Shown piece by piece: positions 14,138 to 27,741 of a stretch of DNA of 64,000 nt. The notes below the pieces were generated by a model that ran no database searches, had not been told where the DNA came from, and worked only from the letters and a program-made list of their open reading frames with translations. Source of the stretch: Octopus vulgaris (Eukaryota); assembly GCA_951406725.2 (NCBI GenBank), contig OX597815.1:82832001-82896000 (forward strand), given 5' to 3'. Numbering within the stretch: the stretch's first letter is position 1; every line of letters begins with the position of its first letter. A program made the position numbers and the translations under genes.

Positions 14138-14350
14138 CAGGAGGGGTGCTGAAAAGTTCCTGGCTTTGAGTAAAAGAAAATACAAGAGGATCAGTTAATT
14201 ATGATCTTATTATGTTCACCTCTCAGATTCACACACTTATTGTAGTACCCTTCACTTTTTCTAAGCCCTGCAAAAGAACTCGGAAATTTTGGCCTCCATC
14301 CAGACCTTTCACGTGACCCTTAATTTGAGAAACGTTTCAGCACCCCCACG
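14138..14350. mobile_element. Mariner-type MITE (~213 bp)
   Basis: Imperfect TIRs caggaggggtgctgaaa / tttcagcacccccacg with TA on both sides. Confidence 0.8.
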
Positions 14351-14494
14351 TATAAATCAGTCACAAGTTGTTAACAAATTCATTCATCAAATTTTATGGA
14401 ACCACACACACACACATTTATTTGAAATCTTTGCCAAGAGGCTAGTAAGTTCTTGGGTGTGGCCAATTGATTTTGCCGACCACAGTGTTTAGCT

Positions 14495-14885
14495 AGGTGC
14501 AGGCATAACTGTGAGATAAGAAGCTTGTTTCCGACCGTATGGTTCTTCGTTCAGTCCCACTGTATGGCACCTTGGGCAAGTGTCTTCTACTATAGCCTCG
14601 GGCTGACTTAAGCATTGTGAGTGGATTTGGTATATATATGTGCGTATGTGTATGTGTGTCTGTGCGTGTTTGTGTTTGTGTCTGTGTTTGTCCAACCACC
14701 ACCGCTTGACAACCGATGTTCGTGTATTTGCTTCCTCGTAACTTAGCAGCTCGGCAAAAGGGACAGATAGAATAAGTACCTGGCTTTAAATAAAAAGTAC
14801 TGGGGTCGATACTTGAGACTGAAAAACATTCAAAGCAGTGCTCTAGCACGGTCGCAGTCTACTGACAGAAACAAGTAAAAGATAA
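14495..14885 (+). mobile_element. Near full-length SINE S1
   Basis: Head, short (TG)n linker, then tail ending gaaacaagtaaaagataaga. Confidence 0.85.
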
Positions 14886-15086
14886 GATAGTACTAGTTAG
14901 TCTACCGCCTCCGAAGTTCGGTGGTGAAGTCGATCTTGGCGGGATTTGAAATCAGATGGCAAAGACATGCCACTGAGCATGCTAATGATTCTGGCTGTCC
15001 TGGGGTCGATTTGCTCGACTAAAGGCGGTACTCCAGCATGGCCGCAGCGAAATGACTGAAGCAAGTAAAAGTATATATATATATTT

Positions 15087-15800
15087 ACTAGACTACCCGT
15101 GACCCGTTGGGTCACCGAGATAGTCTGGGTTTCTCAGCAACGGTGTTTCGTGGGTAATTTTTTCTGTTCCATGTTATTTCACATGGTTTCAACGAATGTG
15201 ACATCGAAATCACGCGTAAATGGCTCCTTTCCTGAGATTTGACAGCTTTTTTTCTTGCACACCCTGCTACCACGTAACAGGTATATCCGGTCCTTTATTG
15301 CAAATAGGGTTGTTATGTGGTGGTAGCCAAATCTTTGGAGGTGAGATGCGTTGAATGCACTCGAAAGAAACCTATGGGAAAACTATTTCACACTGAGGGT
15401 ACGAACGGATCTTTACGAAATATTTACTTTAATTTTAATGTCCCTTTCACTTTAAAATATTTTGCCCATCAAATGCACTGAATATGACGTCGAAATCAAC
15501 TGTAAACAACTCCTTTTCTCAGAAAAGGGAAAATGTGCTGCTGTTTCTTGCACGCCCTGCTACCACGTAATAGGTATTTCAGGTCCTTTATCGCAAATAG
15601 CTGTTAGGTGGTGTCAGGGCGTTCTAGAAATAGCAGCCAAATGCATGGAGGTGAGATACGCTGAATGTACTCCAAAAAATCCTATGGAAAAAAATTATTT
15701 CACACCTAGGTTACAAACGTGTCTTTTATGAAATATTTACCGTATTTTTGAAGTCATTTTCACTTTAAAATATGTCTAAATCATTAAAATATCGTGTTTA
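15087..15800. repeat. Element containing two diverged ~285-bp tandem units, possibly Helitron-like
   Basis: Units ~15196-15470 and ~15481-15773 align (tgac.tcgaaatca...ttcttgcac.ccctgctaccacgtaa.aggtat...ttcactttaaaatat). Begins tactagactacccgtgacccg. Confidence 0.6.
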
Positions 15801-15930
15801 ACAGAAGCGAAGAATTCGCCAAAACTATTTGTATAGTAACCCACTTGTGAGAGATCGATGCAGGATGGGTGGAAACGAACGTTGTGAGCAATAAAGTTCA
15901 CATATATATATATATATATGTGTGTGTCTG

Positions 15931-15982
<52 letters not shown>

Positions 15983-17332
15983 TACATATATACATATATA
16001 TATACATACATACATACATACATATATATATCAATCTCAAGAGTAATCAGCCGAAATTGCGAGGATGATCCGGTTCTTGACTGAAGATTAGAGGCTTCGA
16101 ATGACCCGTCCGTTTTTTGTATCGTCTATTTAATGTTTTGCGTTCTTGTCCCATATTTTTATACATATATATATATATATATCTTACCAAATATGGTATT
16201 TTCCATACCGATAAATCTACTAGGTGAAATTGATTAATTTTATTAAATTAATTATATTCCACCCTTTATTGCATATATATATATATATATATATAAATAT
16301 AAATGTGTGTGCTTGTGTGTGTGTGCGCGCGCGCGTGTATTTGTCATCTCCACGTCGCTTAACACCCGCTCTTGCCTATTTTTGTCACCATAACTTAACT
16401 GTCAGCAAAATTGACCCATAGACGTAGTACCAGGCCTTAAAAGATGAATTCTAATATTGTTATTGATGTTTCTGTCCATCGTCCTTTGTGGGTAGCAAGG
16501 AAGACACGATGGTGGTGTCTTTTCTTTATCAGAAGTTTTGTACTTGTGACTAGAAGATTCAATGTTCCGTATCTTTTTTTTATAGAGTATAGTGTAAGAT
16601 TTGATAGACGTTTGTCTGTTTTACTGCGTCATGACTTACTCGTTGTTTTGAAGTACTTAACTGTAAATTGATACTCTGTAAACACAGTCATTTGACTGCT
16701 ACGCGAAACAGGTTGAACTATAAGGTACACAATTCTTGAATTGTTATTACCATCCTTGTTTATGATAAGTTGTACAGACATAACATTACGAACAGTTTGG
16801 TGTATACAAAATGTGACGTAGACGAGGAAACCATCTCACATACCTCAGTAACATACCACTGTTTTATGAAGTATATTTGGGATAGATTTGACTAACTGCA
16901 AATTCCAATATGAAAATCTAACTGCAAATTCCAATATGAGGATCTCACTGCCATTTTATTCCTGGCAAATTATTATGCGGTTAGGATTTTGTTTGTTTTT
17001 CTCTCATTGGTCACAAAAAATGAAATAAACTGTTTTGTGCTAAGGTAAGATTTTCGTTGTTTTTCAAAGAAACTCGACTTGCGTGATGTGTGAGGTGATT
17101 TACGTCAAGATAAATGCTAACATCCTGAGAACTTTAGAAAATATTGGTCAAGGTCGCAAGTTTAAGAGGTGTCAAAATTTCGAACAGGAATATATTAATC
17201 TTGGATAGTGGGTGGTTAGGTTTTCGTAAAGCACTGATTTGTAGCTAGCTTCTTTGTAGAAATTCACTGATTTATACGACATCTATGTCCATCTCTCTCT
17301 GTATATATATATATATATAAATATATAGGAGA

Positions 17333-17648
17333 ACTCCGTCGGTTACGACGACGAGGGTCTCAGCTGGTACAATCAATGGAAGTGCTTAGTCGTGAAATCA
17401 ACATGCAAGTGGCTGAGCACTCTACAAACACGTGTACGCTTAACGTAATTCTCGGGGAGATTCAGCGTGATACAGAGTGTGACAAGGCTGGCCCTTTGAA
17501 GTACAGGTATTAATCATTTTTGCCACCTGAGTGGACTGGAGCAATGCGAAATAAAGTGTCTTGCTCAAGGACACAACGCGTCGCCAGGAATTGAACTCAG
17601 GACCTTACGATCGTGAGCCTTAATCCCTAACCACTAAGCGACGCGCCT

Positions 17649-17652
<4 letters not shown>
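17333..17652 (-). mobile_element. Complete tRNA-headed SINE S3 between (TA)n tracts
   Basis: Head gcttagtggttaggg...gagttcaattcc (A/B boxes), then gtgtccttgagcaagacactttattt, tail ending cgtcgtcgtaaccgacggag. Confidence 0.85.
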
Positions 17653-17694
<42 letters not shown>

Positions 17695-18471
17695 AACGAG
17701 CAGATGACACTGGAAAAGACAAAGATTATAAGGTTTTTATGTGGTGGTAGCCAAATCTTTGGAGGTGCGAGTTCGTTGTAACCGTTGCAGGCTGTGAGTT
17801 TGCACAACGTTTGCATTCTTGTTGATTTGATACGACTAGGATTTGTAGTAGTAGTAGTAGTAGTGACAGCAGCAGCAGCAGTAGCAGCAGTATGGTTCTT
17901 TGTTCATGCTGACAGGTAGTTGCGTTGAAAAATGCTAAAAGATAGTGAAAGGTGAGTAGCGAAACGAAAACAAAAAGAAAGAAATAAAAATATAAAATGA
18001 AAAGAAAAACATCTCTGGTAAAGTTTACAAGTTAACATAAAAAAAGAAACAAAAAATACAAACACAAATCACAAAACTAAGCTGTAAAAAACAACAAAAA
18101 AAAAGAAGATCCATTCAATTCAGGTCCTGATACGTTATAAGATTTTTTCTATATATCTTTCAATTTCCTGTTCTTTCTGTTAGTTCATTTACATAAATGT
18201 GGGCGTGTCAATTTGTTCGAAAGTGTCAGAAACTTTGTAATTGATAACCGTTTATAACGTCATTCACCTGATTTTTTTCTTCCACTTTTTTCTTTTACGT
18301 AAAGACCGTAACACAGAAAAGCAAATTTAAATATTGAACGCATACAAACTTCATGAACACATACAAACTTACATACAGAGACAGATGAAGACATGCGCAT
18401 CTCACTCTCTCCTTCTCTTTCTCTCTTTCTCTCTCTCTCTCTATGTATGTATATATGTATAGCTATATATC

Positions 18472-18518
<47 letters not shown>

Positions 18519-18525
18519 ATAACAT

Positions 18526-18582
<57 letters not shown>

Positions 18583-18629
18583 CAGAGAGTGAGACAGACA
18601 GGCTGAGAGAGAGAGAGAGGCAGACATAC

Positions 18630-18674
<45 letters not shown>

Positions 18675-19169
18675 CAGATAGAGAAAAAGGCAGGGTGTTT
18701 ACGTTTTAGTGCAAATATGGACCAAGTAGTTCTGAGAGAGATCGAATATGTCGTTGGTCTTCTGAAAAAAAATATCGTAAATTAGCCCCAAAGAAAGTAC
18801 TCCCCTATGAAGATTCATAATAGTTCATATAATTTTTGTTCATTTTTGTTAATAATATTGTCTCAGTATTACACCTGTTTAAGTCATACGTATTATTCTG
18901 ATGCACTGATCATTTGAAACAGTTGTAAAGATATTATCTGCTTATATCTTGTAAATTGCATATTCAGTTTTTCATACAATGCATTCCTTACACATATGTT
19001 TGTCAGTCATTCTCATCTCGCGCGCTCTCTCTCTCTCTTTCTCTCCCTCAGCTTTCTCTCTGTCTCTCTCGTTATCTCCCTCCACTCTCTCCTCCACATA
19101 AGTATGTCTATGTATTTATATATATATATATACACGCACACACGCACACACACACATATATATATAGAC

Positions 19170-19495
19170 TATGGCTCAGTGGTTAGAGCGTCGGGCTTAC
19201 GATCGTGAGGTTGTGAGCTCGAATCCCGGACCGGGCTGCGTGTTGTGTTCTTGAGCAAGGCACTTTATTTCACGTTGCTCCAGTTCACTCAACTGTAGAA
19301 ATGAGTTGCGACGTCACAGGCGCCAAGCTGTATCGACCTTTGTCTTTCCTTTGGATAACACTGGTGGCGTGGAGAGAGGCCGGTATGCATGGGCGACTGC
19401 TGGTCTTCCATAAACAACCTTGCCCGGACTTGTGTCTAGGAGGGTAACTTTCTAGGTGCAATCCCATGGTCATTCATGACCGAAGGGGGTCTTTA
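19170..19495 (+). mobile_element. SINE with S3-like head and tail Y
   Basis: tggctcagtggttagagcg...tcgaatccc head; tail nearly identical to the reverse complement of 12160-12355. Confidence 0.85.
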
Positions 19496-19632
19496 ATGGG
19501 TATATACCAATGTGTATTCTTGAGTAAAGCGCTGGCATGATTTGGGCAACCTTTTGGTTCGAAACGATCGTTGTACAAAAGAGTTATACCAAATTGATCT
19601 TCTGTTCCTTATCGATTATATATAGATAGAAG

Positions 19633-19684
19633 GTCTTACAGCTGTTTCTAGGATAATAATTAATAATATCCTTTCATCGGAGAC
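19633..19684 (-). ncRNA. Type-I HHR, family D
   Basis: gtct CCGATGA a-aggata...tatcct-a GAAA CAGCTG TA agac; stem I gtct/agac is perfect. Confidence 0.78.
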
Positions 19685-20230
19685 GGTGTGAGAGGAAAAT
19701 TAAGCCATAGTTAGTTTAGATGTGATAAAAATAGAGAGTGGGGTGGAGGAAAGAAAATAGATGTAAGATACCTATGGGTATTGAAGTTGTAAATCCGTTT
19801 TATAGGCATAATGGTATATATGCAATATTCCAAAATCCTTTGAGTAAAATCCAAAAGTCCAACAGAGTTTAATATGAGTCCTTCCAAATATAGAGTTTAT
19901 AAGTAATGTAAGATTCCCTTATGAGTGAGATCCAGCATATTTTTAAACTTGATAATTCCCAGTAGGGAATTTATATACAGTGTTGCAGAGTCAAAGGCTT
20001 GTGTTTAAAATGACCTAAAAATAGGGAGTATATTAGTATGGTTAAATTGAAAACAGGAAGAAAGGAATGAAATAAAGAGAAAAAAAGGAAGAGAAAGAAG
20101 AGGAGAGAAAGAAAGAATGAAAGAGAAAGGAAGGGAGAAAATTAGTAAAAATTGCAAAATAAAAATAAAATAATAAAACCCCTGAAGATAGGAATAAAGG
20201 GAAAAAAGAAAAATTAAGATATTAAAAAAT

Positions 20231-20515
20231 CACTTCACCTATGCTTCGAAGAACTTAATCTATGCTCTCAAAAGTGGAGGGTGTGGTGGAGACTACATAG
20301 GTCAAACTAGTTTAACCTTGAGGGACAGATTAACGAAGCACAGGCAAAATATCCGGGACCCTACGAGTAGGAAAATTCCTATAAACAAACACCTAGACCA
20401 ATAACCGAAATACCAAATCTTCCCTGTCTATCAATGCACCGGAAACACTTCAACCAAATTCCGTTTAAATAAGGGAAGCATACTCATTAAAAAATATATA
20501 TATACAGCTGAATAT
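20231..20515 (+). pseudogene. PLE GIY-YIG endonuclease fragment
   Basis: HFTYASKNLIYALKSGGCGGDYIGQTSLTLRDRLTKHRQNIRDPTSRKIPINKHLDQ*PKYQIFPVYQC...; NLIY, YIGQT and LR.R..KH motifs; in-frame stop at 20402. Confidence 0.9.
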
Positions 20516-21365
20516 CCTTTAGAAAAAACCCCACTAAAGTGTAAAAGGCTCAATTTCTCCACACACATACAAATAAAGGAACAACAAACAATTTTAAAAA
20601 CTTTAGTAACAGCTCTCCACCCGGGTTTTGAAACCGCAACTCCAAATCACCATACAAACACCAGTTGCTGACGTCACCTATCTCTAGACCAATGAAATTT
20701 TACAAACACTAGTTGCTGACGTCACCTACCCGACTTATCAAAACCGAACTTCAGCAAATACACACAAATGACCCTTTAAAAGAATCAACCAAATGGAACG
20801 ACTGATGACCGTTCCCCACACGAAATTCAACTAGGCAGAACGACAAACTTGACCACCGGAAAACCAAGACATCACCAATATTTTAACGAATCTAAAATCA
20901 GATCCGCTGGCGGAAAAAAAAGTATAAATACAGTAGATTCCAAAACAAACTGTTACAAGCGAAAGTTCCTACATACGACGGAATGCGGATCAGAGAAATT
21001 TCTTCATTTCTCCCTTGTTTTTCCCCCGCTCTTAATTCAGTATAACTGAGACTCTGTTGATATTCATCTAGTCAACATCGAAATTTTTGAACATGTCTTT
21101 CTAATTCACAATTCTAAATTTGACTGTTATGAACATTTTAATTTGTCAACATTGAAACTTTTGAACATGTTTTTCTAATTTATAATTCTAAATTTTTACC
21201 ATTGATAAACAAAACATATTGTTGAAACTAGTTTTATATATATGTAAATAAATTAATTTTAAGCAATTACAAATTTTTCCAAATTTAGGTGCATTTCAAG
21301 AACAAATTTGCCCAAATTTTTTCCTGCGTGGAAATGTACTCTCACTTTTGTTATATACACACACA

Positions 21366-21432
<67 letters not shown>

Positions 21433-21450
21433 CACACACACACACGCACA

Positions 21451-21509
<59 letters not shown>

Positions 21510-22686
21510 GTATGTGTGTATGTATATTGGTTGGATTCGTCATCATCAATATATTATTTCATATGTTTATACCTGTTTATAGTTTACCTGTAAATGGTGG
21601 ATTACATTCTATGATGCAATCTATAGATACACCAATAAATTCTGCAGAAATAGCTGTAGTAAGTTTTAAACCTCACTTTTATTCATTTTTATATCTACGC
21701 ACCACTTAGAACCAGCCCTGAGTCGGATCTACGGTCTAAATAAGATTTGGTCCTTACATAGTATCCTACCAGCACCTGATAACTTCATAACTGTTGTACC
21801 TCACTCTGAAACCCGTGTTATTGTACGTAACTATTTCTTGCGTACTACGTATTGATCTGCCTAGATTCTCATGTATTCTATGAAATATCTCTCTCCCCCT
21901 CTATCTCCCCTCTTCTCTCTCCCATTCGCTCTTCCCTCTTCTCTCTACCCTTCTCTCTCCCCTCTTCTCTCTCCCGCTCTTACCCCTCTCTATCCCTGTC
22001 TCCGATTTCTCTCCCTCTCTCACCCCTCTCTCTCCCCTCCCTTTCCCTCTCCCTCTCTCTCTCCCTCTCTCTCTCTACATACAGACACTTACATGTATAT
22101 ATATTGTGGCAACATCTGTTTCCTCGTATACAAACGTACATTCCAGCAAGCATACATATACACAGACATACATATACAGACACAGGCATTAATACACATA
22201 CTAACTTTAATACATGTGTAAGTATGCAGGTATGTATGTATGTATGTATGTATGTATGTATGTATGTATGTATGTACGTACATACATGCATATATAAATA
22301 TAAAGCTTTGATGTGGTAGAGTAGTCAAAGCTCCTGCGCTCTGAATTAAAACTGCCTGCTCTCTGAGTTCAAAATAGCACCTAGGTTAAATTTGCCTTTC
22401 ATCTTTTCGATTTAGATAAAGAAATTGCCATTCCAGTATAGGGGTAGAGACTGCATTAATTCACCTGTTTGTCTCTCGAGCGCGGTCTCAAAATCAAAAT
22501 CGGCTGTGATCGAACCTGAAGAAGGATGGACACCGCCATGCTTCAAATATTCAAGATTTAGTATATCATATTAACGCTTCAACCACTACCTCAGGTGTTG
22601 CGGCCCCTACCAGGCACACACAAACACTCACACACACACATTTTCGTGTTTATTATAAATACATATATGTATGAGTACATTATAAT

Positions 22687-22908
<222 letters not shown>

Positions 22909-23449
22909 TCATATACACACATACATAAATACATACATATACAAATATACATACAAAAACACACATGCACATAAGTACGAGCATTTTCGCATGCAAATGT
23001 GGAATTCATTTTGTTAATTCTGAAGTTTGTTTTAGCGATCATGTTTAAGCTCATATCAAAGAACCCTCTTTTAGTCTTTTAATTTGTTTTGCTCATTAAG
23101 TTTAAGACCATTCGTCAGCACTACGCATGCGGTGCTGACTGTTCAACATTATTTTTATCGTTTCTACTTTATAATATTGGATGCGATTTCATTGTTGATT
23201 TATTTAAAGATTATTAACCATAACTAAATGATCAGCGAGTTATTGTAGGAGGGACTCCTCTGGTTATAAAATTTTATGAATGCTTGCTTTGGGCCATTTC
23301 AAAAATTTACGCCTACGCATGCTTTGAACCGCTTTAAGAGTATAATTTGTATTCCTTAACGCCTTTTGCGAACGACCATGTGTGTGTGTGTGTTTATGTG
23401 TGTGTGTGTGTGTTTATGTGTGTGTGTGTGTGTGTGTGTGTATGTTCAA

Positions 23450-23837
23450 TATGTGACCGCGTGTGTATCGTTGGCGATTTTCTTTCTCCGTCTTCCTTTC
23501 CTTGAACCTTCTTTTTTCTATGATTTTGACGAAAAGCTCCGATCGAAACGTTACATCCTGCTTCTTTTTTTCCTTTACTGAGCGTCCAATAAAACTCTAC
23601 TTGTTCCACGTTCTCGCGTTGTTGTGTTTTCTCTTTGTTCAGGTTTGGAACCGTTAGCCACTACATACATTTCTTTTCTTTCCTTGTTTCTCTCCTTGTT
23701 TTTTTCTGAGTCTCTTTCTGTAGAAGAGCGTAGGCTCGAAACGTAAAAGACTTTTTTCTATTCCTGAGCGTTATGTTAATACATCTGTTTGTTTTGTACA
23801 TCACCTGTCTTCGTCTTTTGTTTTTTTCGTAAACTCT

Positions 23838-23840
<3 letters not shown>
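23450..23840 (+). mobile_element. Tandem pLTR units (family B then family A) ending at (TA)n
   Basis: 23450-23660 matches 38165-38375; 23665-23840 matches the reverse complement of 165-300 and 13170-13340. Confidence 0.8.
23713..23750 (+). ncRNA. Minimal HHR, family A (CUGUAGA core)
   Basis: tcttt CTGTAGA a gagc-gtag-gctc GAAA CG TA aaaga; stem I tcttt/aaaga; ACGU palindrome in place of stem III. Confidence 0.7.
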
Positions 23841-23890
<50 letters not shown>

Positions 23891-24324
23891 GATAGGTAGA
23901 TAGATAGAAAGAAAAATAGATATATGTGTGTGTATGTATATATATATATATATATATATACTTATACAGGCACACATACGTACATACATATATATGTGTA
24001 TATATGTATTTATGTGCGTGCGTGTGTGTGCGTGTGTGTAAGTTTCAAAACAAGCTTGTTGAAAGATCTTGAACGAAGCTGCACAGTAAGTATTTCCATA
24101 TTTCTAGTTGCATATGCTATTATTCATAACCTATGCAACGGAAACACGTGTAGGTCGTCCTAACTATAAAAATATGATGTATGACTCACCGTAAAATAAT
24201 AGGAAATATATTTTGAGCCAGTGCCGTTCTCCATATTCTCTATCGTTATAATTACTACGTGTGAATGAGTGCGTGAGTGAGTGAGTGAATGAGTGTGAGT
24301 GTGTTTGTGTGCGCAGGTGTGTGT

Positions 24325-25005
<681 letters not shown>

Positions 25006-25203
25006 GTGATATATATATATGTATATATTTATGTATATATATGTGTGTATATATGCATATATATATATATACATATATATGCATATATATATCTATATAC
25101 ATATGTATGTATTTACATGTTTTTATGTGTATGTTTGTGTTTGTATACATCTGTGTGTGTACATACAGACATGTATGTATACACACACGCACACACACAC
25201 ATA

Positions 25204-25254
<51 letters not shown>

Positions 25255-25544
25255 GTGTGTATATATTTATGTATATATCTCCCTGTTCCTATCCCGTATA
25301 TCTCTTTCTCCTATCTATCTTCCTCGTTCCTTCTCTCTAAGAAGTGTGTGTGTGTGTGTCTGTGTGTATGTGTCTGTCTGTGTATGAATGTTTACATGCA
25401 AAAAATCCTCTCTCGTATTCGAAAGATGAGCATATTGACTCATTACAAATAATCTACATCCTCAGGCTCCCAGACAGGCTTTGTGCCCCCACTCTTGTCG
25501 TTTTTGTTTCTCTTGAGAGAGGTACTTCACTATTGTCATGTCTT

Positions 25545-26280
25545 TAACTGAGTTTCTTCTCATGACGGTAGCATTGGATAATCTCATTTCTTCTGTTTAG
25601 TAAGCATATTTATATTTAACTTGTATTTTCGTCCGTAAACAGGGTATACTATTCCATCAATTTTCGTTCGACGGTTTCTAGATATTTGGATATTTATAGA
25701 TATAATAGTGAAGTTTACGCTCCTTTTCGTGTCGTATCTATCTTTAGTTTTGTTCGTACTGAACAGCTTATGATATTTATAATCGGTTAGCAAATTTTTG
25801 GTAATTACTTTAAGAAAAGTTTTGTTGTACCGTTGTTTGTGAAATGTTTTCTTTTTCTTCTTTTTCTGGACAAAAAAGTTGTAAGAACATTGATGTACTG
25901 ATAGGAAGAAGAAAAGTTGATGTCTGTAGAATGGGAGGTACATATGCATGGGATTTACAGACGGCGTGAGAGCAGGGAGACCAGTTCAACTACCTCCGGT
26001 CATTAACTCATGCTGTGGGGACCATGAGAGAAAACAAAATTTCTGAAACACAAATCTCGCTATCCAACCGCTAGACCATATGCTCTACATCTTCACCTCC
26101 TCGACCTCAAAGATACAAGTCTAGAAATGAGCACGATCTTCCTAGATGTGAATGATTGTTTGTTATTCTTAGACATGAGGTGATAGTATATTCAGATTAG
26201 TGGCTCTTCATTCATGTACAGGACCTAAAAGGCCGGATCTTTTAAAATGTTATGAAGCTTTCCTAAAAACAACCTGTTCT
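25545..26280 (-). pseudogene. Heavily decayed, internally deleted Naiad-like PLE ORF
   Basis: Minus frames give TFLKVITKNLLTDYKYHKLFSTNKTK (cf. FL.LI.KHFP..H..HKIFN.N..K) and terminal LLNRRNEIIQCYRHEKK (cf. LLNKRSEIISKCRH.NK). The 25950-26280 part is weaker. Confidence 0.6.
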
Positions 26281-26912
26281 ATAGAGATAGAGGATAATAC
26301 AGTATGAACTTAGAGAGCAATTTTAGGTTACGAAACGAACATAAAACCAACAGGTGTGGCTTACAGGTGCAACCGTGGCTGTGAAGTTAAAAGACATGCT
26401 TCCCAACGACATGCTTCCGAGTTCAGTCCTATTGCGTGACACCTTGGGCGTGTGTCTTCTACTTTCATTAATAAGTATCATCCACAGCTCAACATGACAT
26501 TACTAACCTTACCAATAATCCCACTAATCTCCATACATCCCATACACCATTCAAATTCCAGAATTTATATCTACCTTAATTGCATCACTTTCAGAACTGC
26601 TTAACTCCCTTGCATGTAATCTTTTCTCTCAGGTACTATTAGACCCAACACCGTTTGGAAATCGCTGTTCATTTAAAGTCAGTGATCAGCTTCTGACGAT
26701 ACCGGTATGACTTTGAATCTCAATAATGATTCATAATAAGGATTTTTATACTTCATAATTCCACATCAAATCATCTAATTGTATGTATATATCCTTGCTT
26801 TTCTTAAAAAATGCCGTTATTTTTTTTAATATCTAATGTACATTTTCTTTGTCTTCTTTTTACTTTCCCCCTATTTATACCACGTGTAGTCTTTTTCTTT
26901 GAAACCTATTTC

Positions 26913-26963
<51 letters not shown>

Positions 26964-27685
26964 TGTTTTTAAGTTTATGTTTATCCCCTGCCACCTCTTT
27001 AAAACCGCTGTTGATGTATTTACGTCACCGTAATCTAGCGGTTCAGTAAAAGAGACCAATAGAATAAATGCAAGGTTTATAAAAAAAAGGACGGGATCGA
27101 TTCATTGGACAAAAAACCTTAAAAGACGGTGCGCCAGCATGATCAACACGACATTTACTGGTGGAAATGCTCAATACTGAGATTAGAGTAATAATCTTTT
27201 TTATGAAATTTGTCATGCGTAGGACATAAATTGTCGTCTGACGGATTATTCAACCAGACTAGTTGAATAAGTGGTGAGGCGAAGCTCTAAGTGCCAGTCA
27301 ACACGAGATTCTTTTATAGAAATTAATGTGTGTGTGTGTGTGTGTGTTTGTGTAGGCGAACACAAAGAACTGACTAAAAAAAGACAGCGAAAATAGATCA
27401 CAGGAGTGTTAAGAAAGAATTTGATACAAATAATTAAACAATAAAGATGTGAATAATAAACACATTGTATATCCCATTCGCTTTAGTGATAAATAGACAA
27501 TGACTTGACCTTTCGTGATCATCAGATGTAGTATCAATAGGTATTTGACCTTTTCCAGGAGATTCTCTTGCCTACGCCCGACAACTTATTTCAGAGACAA
27601 ATCACCTGCTGTCTGTTTGAACTTACAACTTTTGAGCGTATAGTTTGATATGTCACTCAATTAACTTACTTTTATAAACTCTCTG

Positions 27686-27741
<56 letters not shown>

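Larger units (their letters stand above)
19625..21240 (+). mobile_element. 5'-truncated PLE with inverted pLTR segment and GIY-YIG remnant
   Basis: Antisense HHR at 19633-19684, then sense GIY-YIG coding sequence at 20231-20520, then a 3' region with short tandem duplications. Right boundary is approximate. Confidence 0.7.

Noticed and set aside
20802-20840. ctgatga...cgaaa HHR-like string
   Set aside because: No convincing stem I, II or III pairing.
22516-22560. ctgaaga aggatgg..ccatgct HHR-like motif
   Set aside because: GAAA is replaced by CAAA and stem I is not supported; at best a decayed copy.
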